Assembly (NCBI GenBank): GCA_037200925.1
Contig: JBBCGO010000001.1
Coordinates: 73,552 to 137,551, forward strand
Direction of reading: 5' to 3'
Source: Candidatus Doudnabacteria bacterium
GTDB lineage: Bacteria; Patescibacteriota; Doudnabacteria; UBA920; O2-02-FULL-48-8
Length of the DNA: 64,000 nucleotides
A program made the position numbers and the translations under genes. Shown one piece after another: positions 18,785-28,664 of the stretch. The notes below the pieces were generated by a model, which saw only the letters and a program-made list of their open reading frames with translations, made no database searches and was not told the DNA's origin. Positions within the stretch are counted from its first letter, which is position 1. Each line of letters starts with the position of its first letter.

Positions 18785-19135
18785 ATGGGTAAGAAATTGT
18801 TTGTCGGAGGCCTGCCTTACACCACAACCAGCGACGATCTGAAGAATCATTTCGCCGCAGCGGGAAATGTGGTTACAGCGCAAGTCATTACCGACAAGTT
18901 CTCCGGCCGATCCAAAGGATTTGGATTCGTGGAGATGTCATCCGACGACGAAGCAGCCAAGGCGATTGAAATGTTCAACGGCACTGACTTCGGCGGACGC
19001 TCTTTGGCTGTAAACGAAGCAAGGCCAAAGACCGAAGGCGATCGCGGAGGCAGTCGCGGCGGATTCGGCGGCGGACGCGGCGGCAGTGACCGCGGCGGGT
19101 ACGGCGGTGGCGGCGGTCGAAGAGACAGCTATTAA
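18785..19135 (+). CDS. RRM RNA-binding protein with Gly-rich tail
   Basis: KLFVGGL (RNP2), GRSKGFGFVEM (RNP1), VNEARP, RGG-rich tail. Confidence 0.95.
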   Translation: MGKKLFVGGLPYTTTSDDLKNHFAAAGNVVTAQVITDKFSGRSKGFGFVEMSSDDEAAKAIEMFNGTDFGGRSLAVNEARPKTEGDRGGSRGGFGGGRGGSDRGGYGGGGGRRDSY

Positions 19136-19148
19136 AAGCGAAAATGGA

Positions 19149-19181
19149 AAAAATCCCGGTTTGTCCGGGGTTTTTATTTTT
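19149..19181 (+). terminator. Intrinsic terminator
   Basis: AAAAATCCCGG-TTTGT-CCGGGGTTTTT hairpin with T-tract. Confidence 0.65.
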
Positions 19182-19214
19182 ATGTGAAAAATGTTATAAT
19201 ATTCATACAAAAGT

Positions 19215-20636
19215 ATGAAAAAATCTGAATTAGTTTTCAATTTAATCTCGATCTTGTCGGATATTATTATGGTGCTATTGGCCGGGATCATTGCGTTTTA
19301 TTTGCGCCTGCAGTTGGAAAGCTTGCGTCCGATCTTGTACGTTTTATCATTATCTTCATATCTGAAAGTTTTATTTCTCATCACCCCGGTGATTATTCTT
19401 TTAATGGCCTTGGCCGGGCTGTACAATCTTACGGGCACAAGACGGATATCATCTGAACTGCTGAAGATCATTTTGGTGATCTCTTCCGTGCTGTTAGTGG
19501 TGGTGATCTTATTTTTCTTTAATCAAAGCGTTTTTCCGTCCCGCCTGATCATCCTGCTGACGTGGATTTTGACGATAGTACTGATCAGTTTTGGCAGAAT
19601 AATCTTGAGGCTTATCCAGATCCGTATGCTGAGGCGGGGTGTAGGTTTGCACCGCCTGGTGGTACTGGGGGCAGCTGACCAAACATACGAATTGGTAGTG
19701 GAAATTTCTTCGCGGCCCGAGCTGGGGTTTAGAATTGTCGGGAAACTTGATACCGGCCAATCGGTTGATGATCTGATCGACCGGTTGAGGCATATCAGAG
19801 AGAATTCCGGTATAGACGGGCTTTTGCAATCTGATCCGTTTTTGGACCAGGAGGTCGGACGTAAGATCCTGCAATTCTGCCGCGACTACGGCATCAGATT
19901 TAATTTCGTGCCGAACCTGTTCGAAACCTCTACGGCCAATATCGCTGTGGAAACTATTTCCGGCATTCCGGTCATCGCACTGAAGGGAACCCCGCTGGAG
20001 GGCTGGGGTATGGTTGTCAAAAGATTAGTTGATATAATAGTATCTTTGCTGGGCTTGATCATCTTAAGTCCTGTATTTTTGCTGGTGGCGGTCGCGATCA
20101 AACTTAACTCCAAAGGCCCGGTGTTTTTTCACCAGCTCAGAGCTGCGGGTTTGGGCGAATTTGAATTTTATAAATTCCGGTCAATGCATCATGAAATGAG
20201 CGAAGGGACAGAGTCGGGAGATAAACTTCGCGAAGAGCTGGAAAAGCACAATGCGCGCATCGGGCCGTACGTTAAGATCAAGAACGATCCGCGCGTGACT
20301 TCCGTCGGCAGATTCCTGCGCAAGACCAAGCTCGATGAGATGCCGGCGCTCTGGCATATCCTGCGCGGACAAATGAGCCTGGTGGGCCCCCGGGTTCACA
20401 TGGTCAAAGAAGTTGACCATTTCCGGAATGAGTATAAGAAGTTGTTTATCATCAAGCCCGGAGCCACTGGACTTACCCAGATCACTCAAGCCACGGACAA
20501 CCCGGAAATATCCTGGGAAGACGAGATCAAGTTGGACGAGTTTTACATAGAAAACTGGTCCATTTGGCTTGATCTGTATATCATCTTCAAAACTTTTTTA
20601 ATTTTGCTTGGCCGTAAACCCAAGGTTGATTATTGA
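19215..20636 (+). CDS. Undecaprenyl-phosphate sugar-phosphate transferase (WcaJ/WbaP family)
   Basis: TM helices; [60 protein letters not shown]. Confidence 0.93.
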   Translation: MKKSELVFNLISILSDIIMVLLAGIIAFYLRLQLESLRPILYVLSLSSYLKVLFLITPVIILLMALAGLYNLTGTRRISSELLKIILVISSVLLVVVILFFFNQSVFPSRLIILLTWILTIVLISFGRIILRLIQIRMLRRGVGLHRLVVLGAADQTYELVVEISSRPELGFRIVGKLDTGQSVDDLIDRLRHIRENSGIDGLLQSDPFLDQEVGRKILQFCRDYGIRFNFVPNLFETSTANIAVETISGIPVIALKGTPLEGWGMVVKRLVDIIVSLLGLIILSPVFLLVAVAIKLNSKGPVFFHQLRAAGLGEFEFYKFRSMHHEMSEGTESGDKLREELEKHNARIGPYVKIKNDPRVTSVGRFLRKTKLDEMPALWHILRGQMSLVGPRVHMVKEVDHFRNEYKKLFIIKPGATGLTQITQATDNPEISWEDEIKLDEFYIENWSIWLDLYIIFKTFLILLGRKPKVDY

Positions 20637-21751
20637 TGAAGATAGCTCTAGTTCATGAATTTTTGAATCAGCTTGGCGGCGCGGAGAGAGTTCTGCAGAA
20701 TTTTTTAGAAATCTGGCCGGAGGCAGAAGTGCATGTGATCTTGTATGACAGGGAAAAAACACAAGGCCAATTTGAGGGTTATAAAAAAAAGGTCTCCTGG
20801 CTGAATACTCTTCCGGGAGTAAAAAAACACCCGAGATTGTTCTTGCCGCTGATGCCGGGAGCGATTGAAAGTTTCAGCTTTGATGATTACGATCTGGTCT
20901 TGTCTGATTCGTCTTCGTTTGCCAAAGGGATACACACGGACAAATTGCACATATGCTATTGTCACGCGCCCACGCGATATCTCTGGACTGTTCGTGAATA
21001 TATTGATAAACAAAAATATCCTAGATTTTTGAAGTTTTTGGGAAAAATTTATTTGAAGCGGCTGCGCAAATGGGATTTGAAAGCCGCCCAGCGGGCTGAT
21101 TTTTTTATCGCCAATTCCGTAAATATCCAAGATCATATTAAGAAATTTTACCAGCGCGAATCGATCGTCATTCCGCCCCCGGTCGATACAGAAGTATTTT
21201 TTCCGGATGGGCCAAAGCAAGATTACTTTTTTACCGCCTCCAGACTTGAGCTCTATAAGAGAGTTGACGTGATTATTGAAGCATTTAATCACTTGGGCTG
21301 GCCTCTCAAGATCGCGGGGAGGGGTACGGACCTAAACAGACTAAAAGCTTTGGCCAAACCGAATGTTCAGTTCGTTGGCGCGGTTTCGGATGCCGATCTG
21401 AGCAAATTGTATTCTCAAGCCAAAGCGTTTGTGTTTGCGGCGGAGGAAGACGCCGGAATTATGGTGGTGGAAGCGCAAGCCTGCGGGACCCCGGTTATAG
21501 CTTTTGGAAAAGGAGGAGTTTTGGAAACAGTTAAACAGGGGATTACCGGAGAATTTTTTGATGAACAGACTGCCGGGTCTTTGGAGAAAGTTTTGAAAGA
21601 TTTTAATCCCGCAAATTACGATCCGCAAGTCATCCGGGAACACGCAGAAAAGTATGACAAGAAAATCTTCCAGGAAAAGATCAGGAGTTTTGTGGAGGAA
21701 AAATACGGGGAATTTGCGAGGAGCAAAGCGACGAAGCAATCTAATCAGTAG
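20636..21751 (+). CDS. GT4 glycosyltransferase (WbaZ-like)
   Basis: KIALVHEFLNQLGGAERVL, CYCHAPTRYLW, EEDAGIMVVEAQACGTPVIA. Confidence 0.9.
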   Translation: MKIALVHEFLNQLGGAERVLQNFLEIWPEAEVHVILYDREKTQGQFEGYKKKVSWLNTLPGVKKHPRLFLPLMPGAIESFSFDDYDLVLSDSSSFAKGIHTDKLHICYCHAPTRYLWTVREYIDKQKYPRFLKFLGKIYLKRLRKWDLKAAQRADFFIANSVNIQDHIKKFYQRESIVIPPPVDTEVFFPDGPKQDYFFTASRLELYKRVDVIIEAFNHLGWPLKIAGRGTDLNRLKALAKPNVQFVGAVSDADLSKLYSQAKAFVFAAEEDAGIMVVEAQACGTPVIAFGKGGVLETVKQGITGEFFDEQTAGSLEKVLKDFNPANYDPQVIREHAEKYDKKIFQEKIRSFVEEKYGEFARSKATKQSNQ

Positions 21752-21790
21752 AATAGACTGCCACGCGGCCTTTGGCCGCTCGCAGATTCG
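21710..21790. repeat. Nested palindromic (REP/MITE-like) element, copy 1
   Basis: Outer IR GAATTTGCGAG..CTCGCAGATTC; inner GCGGCC-TTT-GGCCGC; homologous to 59962-60065; overlaps the last codons of the GT4 gene. Confidence 0.8.
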
Positions 21791-21798
21791 ATATATTT

Positions 21799-22908
21799 AT
21801 GAAAATAGGACTTGATTTGCGCATGGCCGGCGGGGGATCGGGGATCGACCGCTACATCACCGAACTGTCACATGAAATTTTGAGGCAAGATAAAACTAAT
21901 CAATATGTTTTGTTTTTTAGGGGAGCCGATAAATCAGCTGAGTTCGCGCAATATAATCAAAAGATCGTCATCACAGATATCCCACACTATTCTTTTGCTG
22001 AACAACTTCGTCTTCCCGGAATTATAAATAAAGAAAATCTGGACTTGGTTCACTTTCCGCATTTCAATGTCCCGATCTTCTACCGCAGGCCGTTTATCGT
22101 GACTATCCATGACCTGACGCATACCTTGTTTCCCGGCAGAAAAAGATCTCATATTTTTCACCGTCTGGCATATAATATCGTTTTCCGAAATGCCCTTAAA
22201 AATTCAAAAAAGATCATAGCAGTTTCTAATGCCACAAAACAGGCGATCGTCGGGCGATTTCAAATCAATCCCGAAAAGATCCAGGTTATTTATGAAGGAT
22301 TCAACCAGGCTTATAAAATGATGGATAAAATTGAGGCATTTGCCCAAGTATCGAAAAGTTTTGGCGTTACCAAACCGTATATATTGTATGCGGGCGTCTG
22401 GCGCAGGTATAAAAATCTGCCGATGCTGGCAAATGCTTTTGACAAATTGATCGACAAGGGTTTGGACATTGAGCTCGTGCTCGTAGGGGAGCAGGACCCG
22501 TTTTACCCTGAGATTAAGGACCAAATTTTTAACATTAAGAATCATACCCGCATCAAAGTTTTGGGAAGAGTAAGCGATGAAGATCTGGCAAAACTTTATA
22601 ATGGGACTACTTTATTTGTTCTGCCGTCCCTGATCGAAGGATTTGGTTTAACTGCGCTTGAAGCCGCGGCGTGCGGGGTGCCTGTTGCCTGTTCGGATAT
22701 TCCCACAATGCGGGAAATAATGGGGCAGGGCGCGGAATATTTTGACCCCAATAATCTGGATAACATGACGGAAGTGCTGTTAAATCTGCTTAACGACGCC
22801 AAAAGGCTGGAAGAACTGGCGAATTTGGCATTGGGCCGTTCCAAACACTTCAGCTGGAAGCAGGCAGCGGAGCAGACCATCAGCGTTTATGAAAAGTGCT
22901 ATCTATAA
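21799..22908 (+). CDS. GT4 glycosyltransferase (MtfB-like)
   Basis: GIDRYITEL, IVTIHDL, YKNL, PSLIEGFGLTALEAAACGVPV. Confidence 0.9.
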   Translation: MKIGLDLRMAGGGSGIDRYITELSHEILRQDKTNQYVLFFRGADKSAEFAQYNQKIVITDIPHYSFAEQLRLPGIINKENLDLVHFPHFNVPIFYRRPFIVTIHDLTHTLFPGRKRSHIFHRLAYNIVFRNALKNSKKIIAVSNATKQAIVGRFQINPEKIQVIYEGFNQAYKMMDKIEAFAQVSKSFGVTKPYILYAGVWRRYKNLPMLANAFDKLIDKGLDIELVLVGEQDPFYPEIKDQIFNIKNHTRIKVLGRVSDEDLAKLYNGTTLFVLPSLIEGFGLTALEAAACGVPVACSDIPTMREIMGQGAEYFDPNNLDNMTEVLLNLLNDAKRLEELANLALGRSKHFSWKQAAEQTISVYEKCYL

Positions 22909-22913
22909 CTAAT

Positions 22914-24011
22914 ATGAAAATATTACTTGCAGGCGGCGGCTCTGGAGGCCCGGTAACACCGGTGCTTGCGGTCGCGCTTGAGATCAGAAAACTTAAGCCC
23001 AAAACCGAATTTTTATTTGTCGGAACAAAAAAAGGCCCGGAACGCGCCATGGTTGAGCCGACAGGCATCCCATTTGTTTCAATTCCTGCGGCCCGCTGGC
23101 GCAGGTTTTATAGCATAAAGAATTTATTCGCGCCTTTTGTTTTGCTGTCCGGATTTCTACACTCGCTTACAATTGTCCGCAAATTCCGTCCTGATGTCGT
23201 GTTTGCGGCCGGATCTTTCGTCAGCGTGCCGGTTTGCTGGGCCGCAAAACTCTACGGAGCCAAAATCGCAATTCATCAGCAGGATGCCCGTATCGGCTTG
23301 GCCAACAAACTTATAGCGCCCGTGTCTGACCAGATCACCACGGCTTTCGAGAAAACCAGCAAGGATTTTTATTCTGGGTCGGGATTGGGAAAAAATTTAA
23401 AGCCCGCGGCCCAATGGATCGGCAATCCTGTGCGGCCGGATCTGTTCAGTCATGCGGCTGATGCAAAAAAGTTTTTTAATCTTCACGAAAAATTGCCGGT
23501 ACTTCTGGTCTTGGGCGGAGCGACAGGATCTGCGCAGATAAACCGGCTCCTCGGGGAAATTCTGCCCGATCTGGTCAAGGCGCACCAAGTTGTCCATCAG
23601 ACTGGCGCCGGCAAAAATAATTTAGCTTTCTCGGATAAAAACTACCATCCCTTTGAATTAATTCCGTTCCCGGAATATGCGGCGATTTTAAAGCTGGCGC
23701 ACATAGTCATTGCCCGCGCCGGCTTGTCCACCATTGCTGAACTCTCAGCACTTCGAAAAACTGCGATTATCATTCCCATGCCTAACACTCATCAGGAGGA
23801 TAATGCTAGAATATTAGAAGAGGCGCACGCCGCAGTGGTCCTGACCGGCTCAGAGGCTACCGTTGAAAATTTGTTTCGCGTAGTCAACGGACTGAAATTC
23901 AACATAAAAAGAACCGAATTGCTGAGTAAAAATATTTCCGGTCTCATCCCTCCCGACGCCGCAATTAACCTGGCCAGGATCGTTATCAGAGAAGCCCATG
24001 CCGACAACTAG
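22914..24011 (+). CDS. murG: MurG lipid II GlcNAc transferase
   Basis: AGGGSGGPV, GLANKL, IGNPVR, LVLGGATGS, HQTG, IARAG, HQEDNA. Confidence 0.88.
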   Translation: MKILLAGGGSGGPVTPVLAVALEIRKLKPKTEFLFVGTKKGPERAMVEPTGIPFVSIPAARWRRFYSIKNLFAPFVLLSGFLHSLTIVRKFRPDVVFAAGSFVSVPVCWAAKLYGAKIAIHQQDARIGLANKLIAPVSDQITTAFEKTSKDFYSGSGLGKNLKPAAQWIGNPVRPDLFSHAADAKKFFNLHEKLPVLLVLGGATGSAQINRLLGEILPDLVKAHQVVHQTGAGKNNLAFSDKNYHPFELIPFPEYAAILKLAHIVIARAGLSTIAELSALRKTAIIIPMPNTHQEDNARILEEAHAAVVLTGSEATVENLFRVVNGLKFNIKRTELLSKNISGLIPPDAAINLARIVIREAHADN

Positions 24012-24999
24012 ACCGACAATTGGGATTGCTTTATCAGGCGCTTCAGGCAGGGCGATTGCTCACATTGCCGTGCTGGAAGTTTTGCGGGAGAACGATATCC
24101 CTGTCGATATTCTGGTGGGCTGTTCGTCGGGCGCCATAATCGCCGCAAGTTTTGCCGTCGGGACAATGGAAACGCTCAAGACTTTCATGTACCAGCTGAC
24201 CTTTCCCAAGATGCTGCGGATGTGGTCGGCAAGAAAAGCCAGGGGAGGGATCTTCCATCTGAGAACGGACAAAATGGACGAAACTTTGAACAGCATTACT
24301 CACAACCTTCGTTTTGAGGATATTGATTATCCGAAACTCGGATTTGTCGCAACCGACATCAACACCGGAAAATTGATCACCCTGAAACGCGGCAGCATCA
24401 ACAAGGCTTTCAAGGCAAGCGTCGCAGTTCCCGGGCTTTTTGAACCAGTGATCTGGGAAAAAAAAGTTCTGGTTGACGGTGGACTCGTCAATATCGTGCC
24501 CACTCTTCCGGCAAAAGAGATGGGGGCAGATATCGTGATCGGGGTGAATTTGGCTGCGACAAAGTTCATTTATGAAAAAAAGATGCCGATCTGGCGCGGC
24601 TACCGATTCCTGACCCGGTTTACGGGTTTGCAGTTCATCAGGGAGAAGATCCTCCCAAAATTATCGCCGCGCCTGCTGTTCCGGATAGACAGCCAATCCG
24701 ATATTTTGGAGCCGGAAGATATCGAAATTCCGGGCGTTATGTCGGTGTTGTCCAAGGCGATTGAGCACTCCTTCCGGATCGAAGAGCTGTGGGACGAATC
24801 CCATGTCGCATGCGACCTGATGCTTGAGCCTGTGGTCAAGCATTACGGCAAAACCGAATTCAACAGTTTGGAGAAGATCTACCATGAAGGCCGCAGATCC
24901 GCGCTGGCAGCGATCCCGGCAATAAAAAAGCTGATAAAAAATTATGATCCGGATAAGGCAAAAAAATATAAAACTGTATCCCTGGCCCATGACAATTGA
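23998..24999 (+). CDS. Patatin-like phospholipase
   Basis: GIALSGASGRAIAHI, GCSSG nucleophile elbow, ASVAVPGLF, VDGG. Confidence 0.88.
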   Translation: MPTTRPTIGIALSGASGRAIAHIAVLEVLRENDIPVDILVGCSSGAIIAASFAVGTMETLKTFMYQLTFPKMLRMWSARKARGGIFHLRTDKMDETLNSITHNLRFEDIDYPKLGFVATDINTGKLITLKRGSINKAFKASVAVPGLFEPVIWEKKVLVDGGLVNIVPTLPAKEMGADIVIGVNLAATKFIYEKKMPIWRGYRFLTRFTGLQFIREKILPKLSPRLLFRIDSQSDILEPEDIEIPGVMSVLSKAIEHSFRIEELWDESHVACDLMLEPVVKHYGKTEFNSLEKIYHEGRRSALAAIPAIKKLIKNYDPDKAKKYKTVSLAHDN

Positions 25000-26395
25000 A
25001 CAGGCGAAAAATATTTATTGTTTGGGAATCGGCGGCATCGGGGTCTCGGGTTTGGCGCGGCTGCTTTTGAGCATGGGCAAGAATGTTTCCGGCTCTGATA
25101 TCAAAGAATCGGAGATCACAAAAAATCTGGAAAAATTGGGAATCAAGATTTACATCGGCCAAAGCGAGCAGGATCTGGTTGCGGCAAACCCTGACCTGAT
25201 AATATATTCGTCGGCTGTGGCTGACTTTCATTGGCCGGCAAGCATCGCCAAGCTTAGCCAAGCCCAAGCTGTGGGCGAATTAATGTCAGACAAGTACGGC
25301 ATTGGTATTACCGGCACGAACGGCAAATCCACAACCTCGGCGATCCTGGGCCTGATCTTGGACTACGCCCAACTTGATCCGACTGTCTTGATCGGTTCCA
25401 TGCTTTCTCCTAAGAACGAAACGGAGAAATTCAAGGCCAATGCCCGTTTGGGCGGGGGCAAACCCGCCCGACTGAACGATGTCAGTCGTTCGGGCGGGTA
25501 CTTTGTTGCGGAATCGGATGAATATGCGCGCAAAATGCTGGAGAATAAGCCGAAAATGATCATTATCACGAATATTGCGGAAGATCATCTGGATTACTAT
25601 AAAGGTCTGCAGGATATCAAGCAGGCTTTTTCGGAATACATCAGCTCTTTGCCTGACGACGGGATCCTGATCTACAATGCGGACGATCATAATACGGTTG
25701 AGATCTGCCAGCATGCGGCACGCCATAAATTTACTTTCGGCATTCATCATTATGCGGATCTGCAGGCTTTGAATCCCAGAACAGAGAGCGGAACCCAGAT
25801 ATTCGACCTGCATTTGGATGACGAAAAGATCGGGACATTTAAATTGCATGTCCCGGGTTTATTTAATATTTCCAATGCCTTGGGCGCTGTTCTGGCCGCA
25901 ATTAAACTGGGAGTTAAAACTGAGGTCATACAAAAAACTTTGGAAGAATATGCCGGCATCTGGCGCCGGTTTGAGATCGTGGGCAAGCTTTCTGGCAAGC
26001 CCGTAATTTCCGATTATGCCCACCACCCGGCGGGAGTTGCTGCCACAATTGAGGCGGCTAAGCAGTTTTATCCCGGTAAAAAAGTTTTAGCGGTCTTCCA
26101 ACCCCATCACCGCAACCGCACCCGTGAATTGTTCGGCGAATTTATTGAATCCCTGGTCATGGCTGATGAGCTGATCCTACCTGAGATCTTTGACGTGGCC
26201 GGCCGCGAGCATGGTGAAGATGTCAGTTCGTTCCAGTTGGCCGCGGAGTTGAAAAAAAGAGGCGTTACTGCGACCTTTGCGAAAGATTTGTCAAAAACGG
26301 AAAGCTTGATCCGTGAAAAGGCGAAAAATTTTGATGTTATTCTTTTGATGGGAGCAGGGGATATAGACAACTTGGCGAGGAAGCTGGTAAAATAA
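24989..26395 (+). CDS. murC: UDP-N-acetylmuramate-L-alanine ligase
   Basis: GIGGIGVSGLA, GTNGKSTT, FVAESDE, DHLDYY, DYAHHP, VFQPH, MGAGDI. Confidence 0.93.
   Translation: MTIEQAKNIYCLGIGGIGVSGLARLLLSMGKNVSGSDIKESEITKNLEKLGIKIYIGQSEQDLVAANPDLIIYSSAVADFHWPASIAKLSQAQAVGELMSDKYGIGITGTNGKSTTSAILGLILDYAQLDPTVLIGSMLSPKNETEKFKANARLGGGKPARLNDVSRSGGYFVAESDEYARKMLENKPKMIIITNIAEDHLDYYKGLQDIKQAFSEYISSLPDDGILIYNADDHNTVEICQHAARHKFTFGIHHYADLQALNPRTESGTQIFDLHLDDEKIGTFKLHVPGLFNISNALGAVLAAIKLGVKTEVIQKTLEEYAGIWRRFEIVGKLSGKPVISDYAHHPAGVAATIEAAKQFYPGKKVLAVFQPHHRNRTRELFGEFIESLVMADELILPEIFDVAGREHGEDVSSFQLAAELKKRGVTATFAKDLSKTESLIREKAKNFDVILLMGAGDIDNLARKLVK
25463..25498. repeat. 36-bp palindromic insert, in frame inside murC
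   Basis: CCCGCCCGA-CTGAACGATGTCAGTCGT-TCGGGCGGG; exactly 12 codons (PARLNDVSRSGG) between ARLGGGK and YFVAE. Confidence 0.8.
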
Positions 26396-26403
26396 AATAG
26401 CAT

Positions 26404-26721
26404 ATGCTAGAGACTATAGAAAGACCTTCTGAAGAACTCGAAATTTCCGGTCCGGAAAAGACCCAGTCTTTTAGAGAACTTGAAATTACCCCTAAAATAC
26501 AAAAGATCTTAGTAGAAAAATCCAAAAAATACGGCATTGATTTTTTTGATCTCGACGATCCTGTGCAGGAACCTTTAAGAAATTTGTATTTCAGCCTGCC
26601 CGGCCAGATCTCATCCGGCTCAAAGCATATTGATGACATAGATAATGAGATCGAAAAAGCAATAGAGCAAGTAAAAGCAGCCAAAGAAAAATCAGAAGAA
26701 GAGAAAAAATTTCTACATTAA
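26404..26721 (+). CDS. Hypothetical acidic protein
   Basis: 105-aa ORF filling the murC-hpf gap. Confidence 0.6.
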   Translation: MLETIERPSEELEISGPEKTQSFRELEITPKIQKILVEKSKKYGIDFFDLDDPVQEPLRNLYFSLPGQISSGSKHIDDIDNEIEKAIEQVKAAKEKSEEEKKFLH

Positions 26722-26731
26722 TGCAACCCAT

Positions 26732-27067
26732 ATGAATATTGCGATCAAAGCAACAAATTTGGACCTGACTCCCTCTATCAAAGAATATGTGGAAGAAAAA
26801 GTCGGCGCGTTAGACAAGTTTATCAGCGTTCTGGAAGGAAAGGTTGAACTTGAACGCGACCGCCACCACCACAGCGGAGAAGTTTTCCGCGCCGAGATCA
26901 TGCTGGTAATGAGCGGCAAACTTATGCGGGCTGATGCCGAGGCAGAAGACATTTATGCCGCGGTTGATCTGGTCATACCGAAATTGAAAGAGCAGATCAG
27001 CAAGTTCAAGGATAAGAAAACTACTCTGTTCCGCCGCGGCGGACGCACTGCGAAGAAAAAAATATAA
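26732..27067 (+). CDS. hpf: Ribosome hibernation promoting factor (RaiA/HPF, short form)
   Basis: IKATNLDLTPSIKEYVEEK, EDIYAAVDLV..KLKEQI. Confidence 0.92.
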   Translation: MNIAIKATNLDLTPSIKEYVEEKVGALDKFISVLEGKVELERDRHHHSGEVFRAEIMLVMSGKLMRADAEAEDIYAAVDLVIPKLKEQISKFKDKKTTLFRRGGRTAKKKI

Positions 27068-27140
27068 AAAAGTCCTTGACAAGCTTTGTAATTGCTTTAC
27101 AATTAACTTGAAATAATTTTTCTGAAAATCTTTCACTGAA

Positions 27141-28517
27141 TTGAACACGAAGAAAAATAACTTCAAGAAATTTTGGAAGCTTGGAGTCGAAGAGTATAAT
27201 ACTCAACCTTTTGACATCACGTCGGACGGGAAGCTGGTCGTCAAAGAAGGAAATTACCAGTACAATATTTTCGACCTTATAAAAAAATACGGTTCGCCTC
27301 TTGAAATTGTCTTTCCGTACATTCTGGAGAACCGCGTGCGGGACTTGATCGATATTTTTAACGCCTACATCAAGCTGCATGGCTACAAGGGCCGGTTTTA
27401 TTACCACTACGCCATGAAGGTCAATCAGAACAAAGAGTTCGTCCTGCCGGTGGTGTCTGAAGGCGGGCACTTTGACGTGGCCTCAGTCAATGAACTATGG
27501 CTGGTCAAGCGAATGCTGGAACAGGAGAAGTTCAATCCCAAGATCAGAGTTATCTGCAACGGCCCGAAAAATGAGCCTTATATCAAGCTTATCGAGGAGC
27601 TGAAGGCCAAGGGCCTCACCGTGATCCCGATCATTGAGGATTATAAGGAGCTAGAGCGGCTGAAAAAATTCAAGGGAGAAACGGGGATCCGCGTCAATAT
27701 GAATGTTAAGGTCAAATCCCACTGGGATAAAAGATTTAACCGTTACGGCTTCCATGAAGATGAGATCCTGAAGATTGGCAAGATCAGGAATTTAAGCGTT
27801 CTGCACTATCATATTTCCTCGCAGATCGAGCGGGTTGACGGTCTGGTCCACCCGTTCAAGCGCGCTCTGGAAATTTACAAGGAACTGAAAAAGACCAATC
27901 CGGGACTGGATACGATCGATATGGGCGGCGGCGCCGGCGTGCCATACGAGAAGAAAGGCAAGTTTTACTCGGCAAAGACCGCGATCAACCAGATCGTCCG
28001 CAGCGCCAAGAAATTCTGCGACAAAAATAATCTTAAACACCCGAACCTGATAGTGGAATGGGGCAGATACGTGGCCGCTCCCGCGCAAATTACAATTTAT
28101 AAGATCATATCCGAAAAGCCCGTGGCCGAAGGCGCCAAGCGCAAATGGTACGTCATTGACGGCAGTTTTATGAACGACCTGCTGGATACCTGGGCGATCA
28201 AACAGAAATGGCATGTCACCCCGGTCAACTACATGAAATCAACCAAACTGCAGTCCGTTTGGTTTGCGGGTTCCTCCTGTGATTCTGACGACAAATATAC
28301 CGCCGGGGGCGGCAATATTTTCATGCCACGGATGGAAGATCTGAACGGCGAGGAATTATATGTCGCGTTTTATGACTCAGGCGCATATCAGGATCCGCTG
28401 GCCTCACATCATTGCCTGCTTTCATCTCCGGCCAAGATCATTTGCCAGAACGGAGAAATCAAACTCGCCCGCCGCCGGGAAACTTCGGAAGAAGTCGGAA
28501 AACAATTCGGATGGTGA
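27141..28517 (+). CDS. speA: PLP-dependent fold-III decarboxylase, probable arginine decarboxylase
   Basis: YAMKVNQ (PLP Lys), CNGPK, HYHISSQI, DMGGG, EWGR, LDTWAI, SCDSDD, GAYQ; adjacent agmatinase. Confidence 0.75.
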   Translation: MNTKKNNFKKFWKLGVEEYNTQPFDITSDGKLVVKEGNYQYNIFDLIKKYGSPLEIVFPYILENRVRDLIDIFNAYIKLHGYKGRFYYHYAMKVNQNKEFVLPVVSEGGHFDVASVNELWLVKRMLEQEKFNPKIRVICNGPKNEPYIKLIEELKAKGLTVIPIIEDYKELERLKKFKGETGIRVNMNVKVKSHWDKRFNRYGFHEDEILKIGKIRNLSVLHYHISSQIERVDGLVHPFKRALEIYKELKKTNPGLDTIDMGGGAGVPYEKKGKFYSAKTAINQIVRSAKKFCDKNNLKHPNLIVEWGRYVAAPAQITIYKIISEKPVAEGAKRKWYVIDGSFMNDLLDTWAIKQKWHVTPVNYMKSTKLQSVWFAGSSCDSDDKYTAGGGNIFMPRMEDLNGEELYVAFYDSGAYQDPLASHHCLLSSPAKIICQNGEIKLARRRETSEEVGKQFGW

Positions 28518-28529
28518 GGGAGGGCGCTC

Positions 28530-28624
28530 GGGCACGCTTCGAAAAGACGCAAAAATTTCATTAAAATTTTTGCTAAGTGCTCGGCCGTTGATACGGCCTC
28601 ACAATTCTTTTGCAAAGCGTGCCC
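28530..28624. repeat. Multi-stem intergenic palindrome
   Basis: GGGCACGCTT..AAGCGTGCCC closing stem; inner GCAAAAATTT/AAATTTTTGC and GGCCGT-TGAT-ACGGCC. Confidence 0.65.
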
Positions 28625-28664
28625 TCGCTAATCAATTAAAAATGTATATAATTAACTTAAATCT

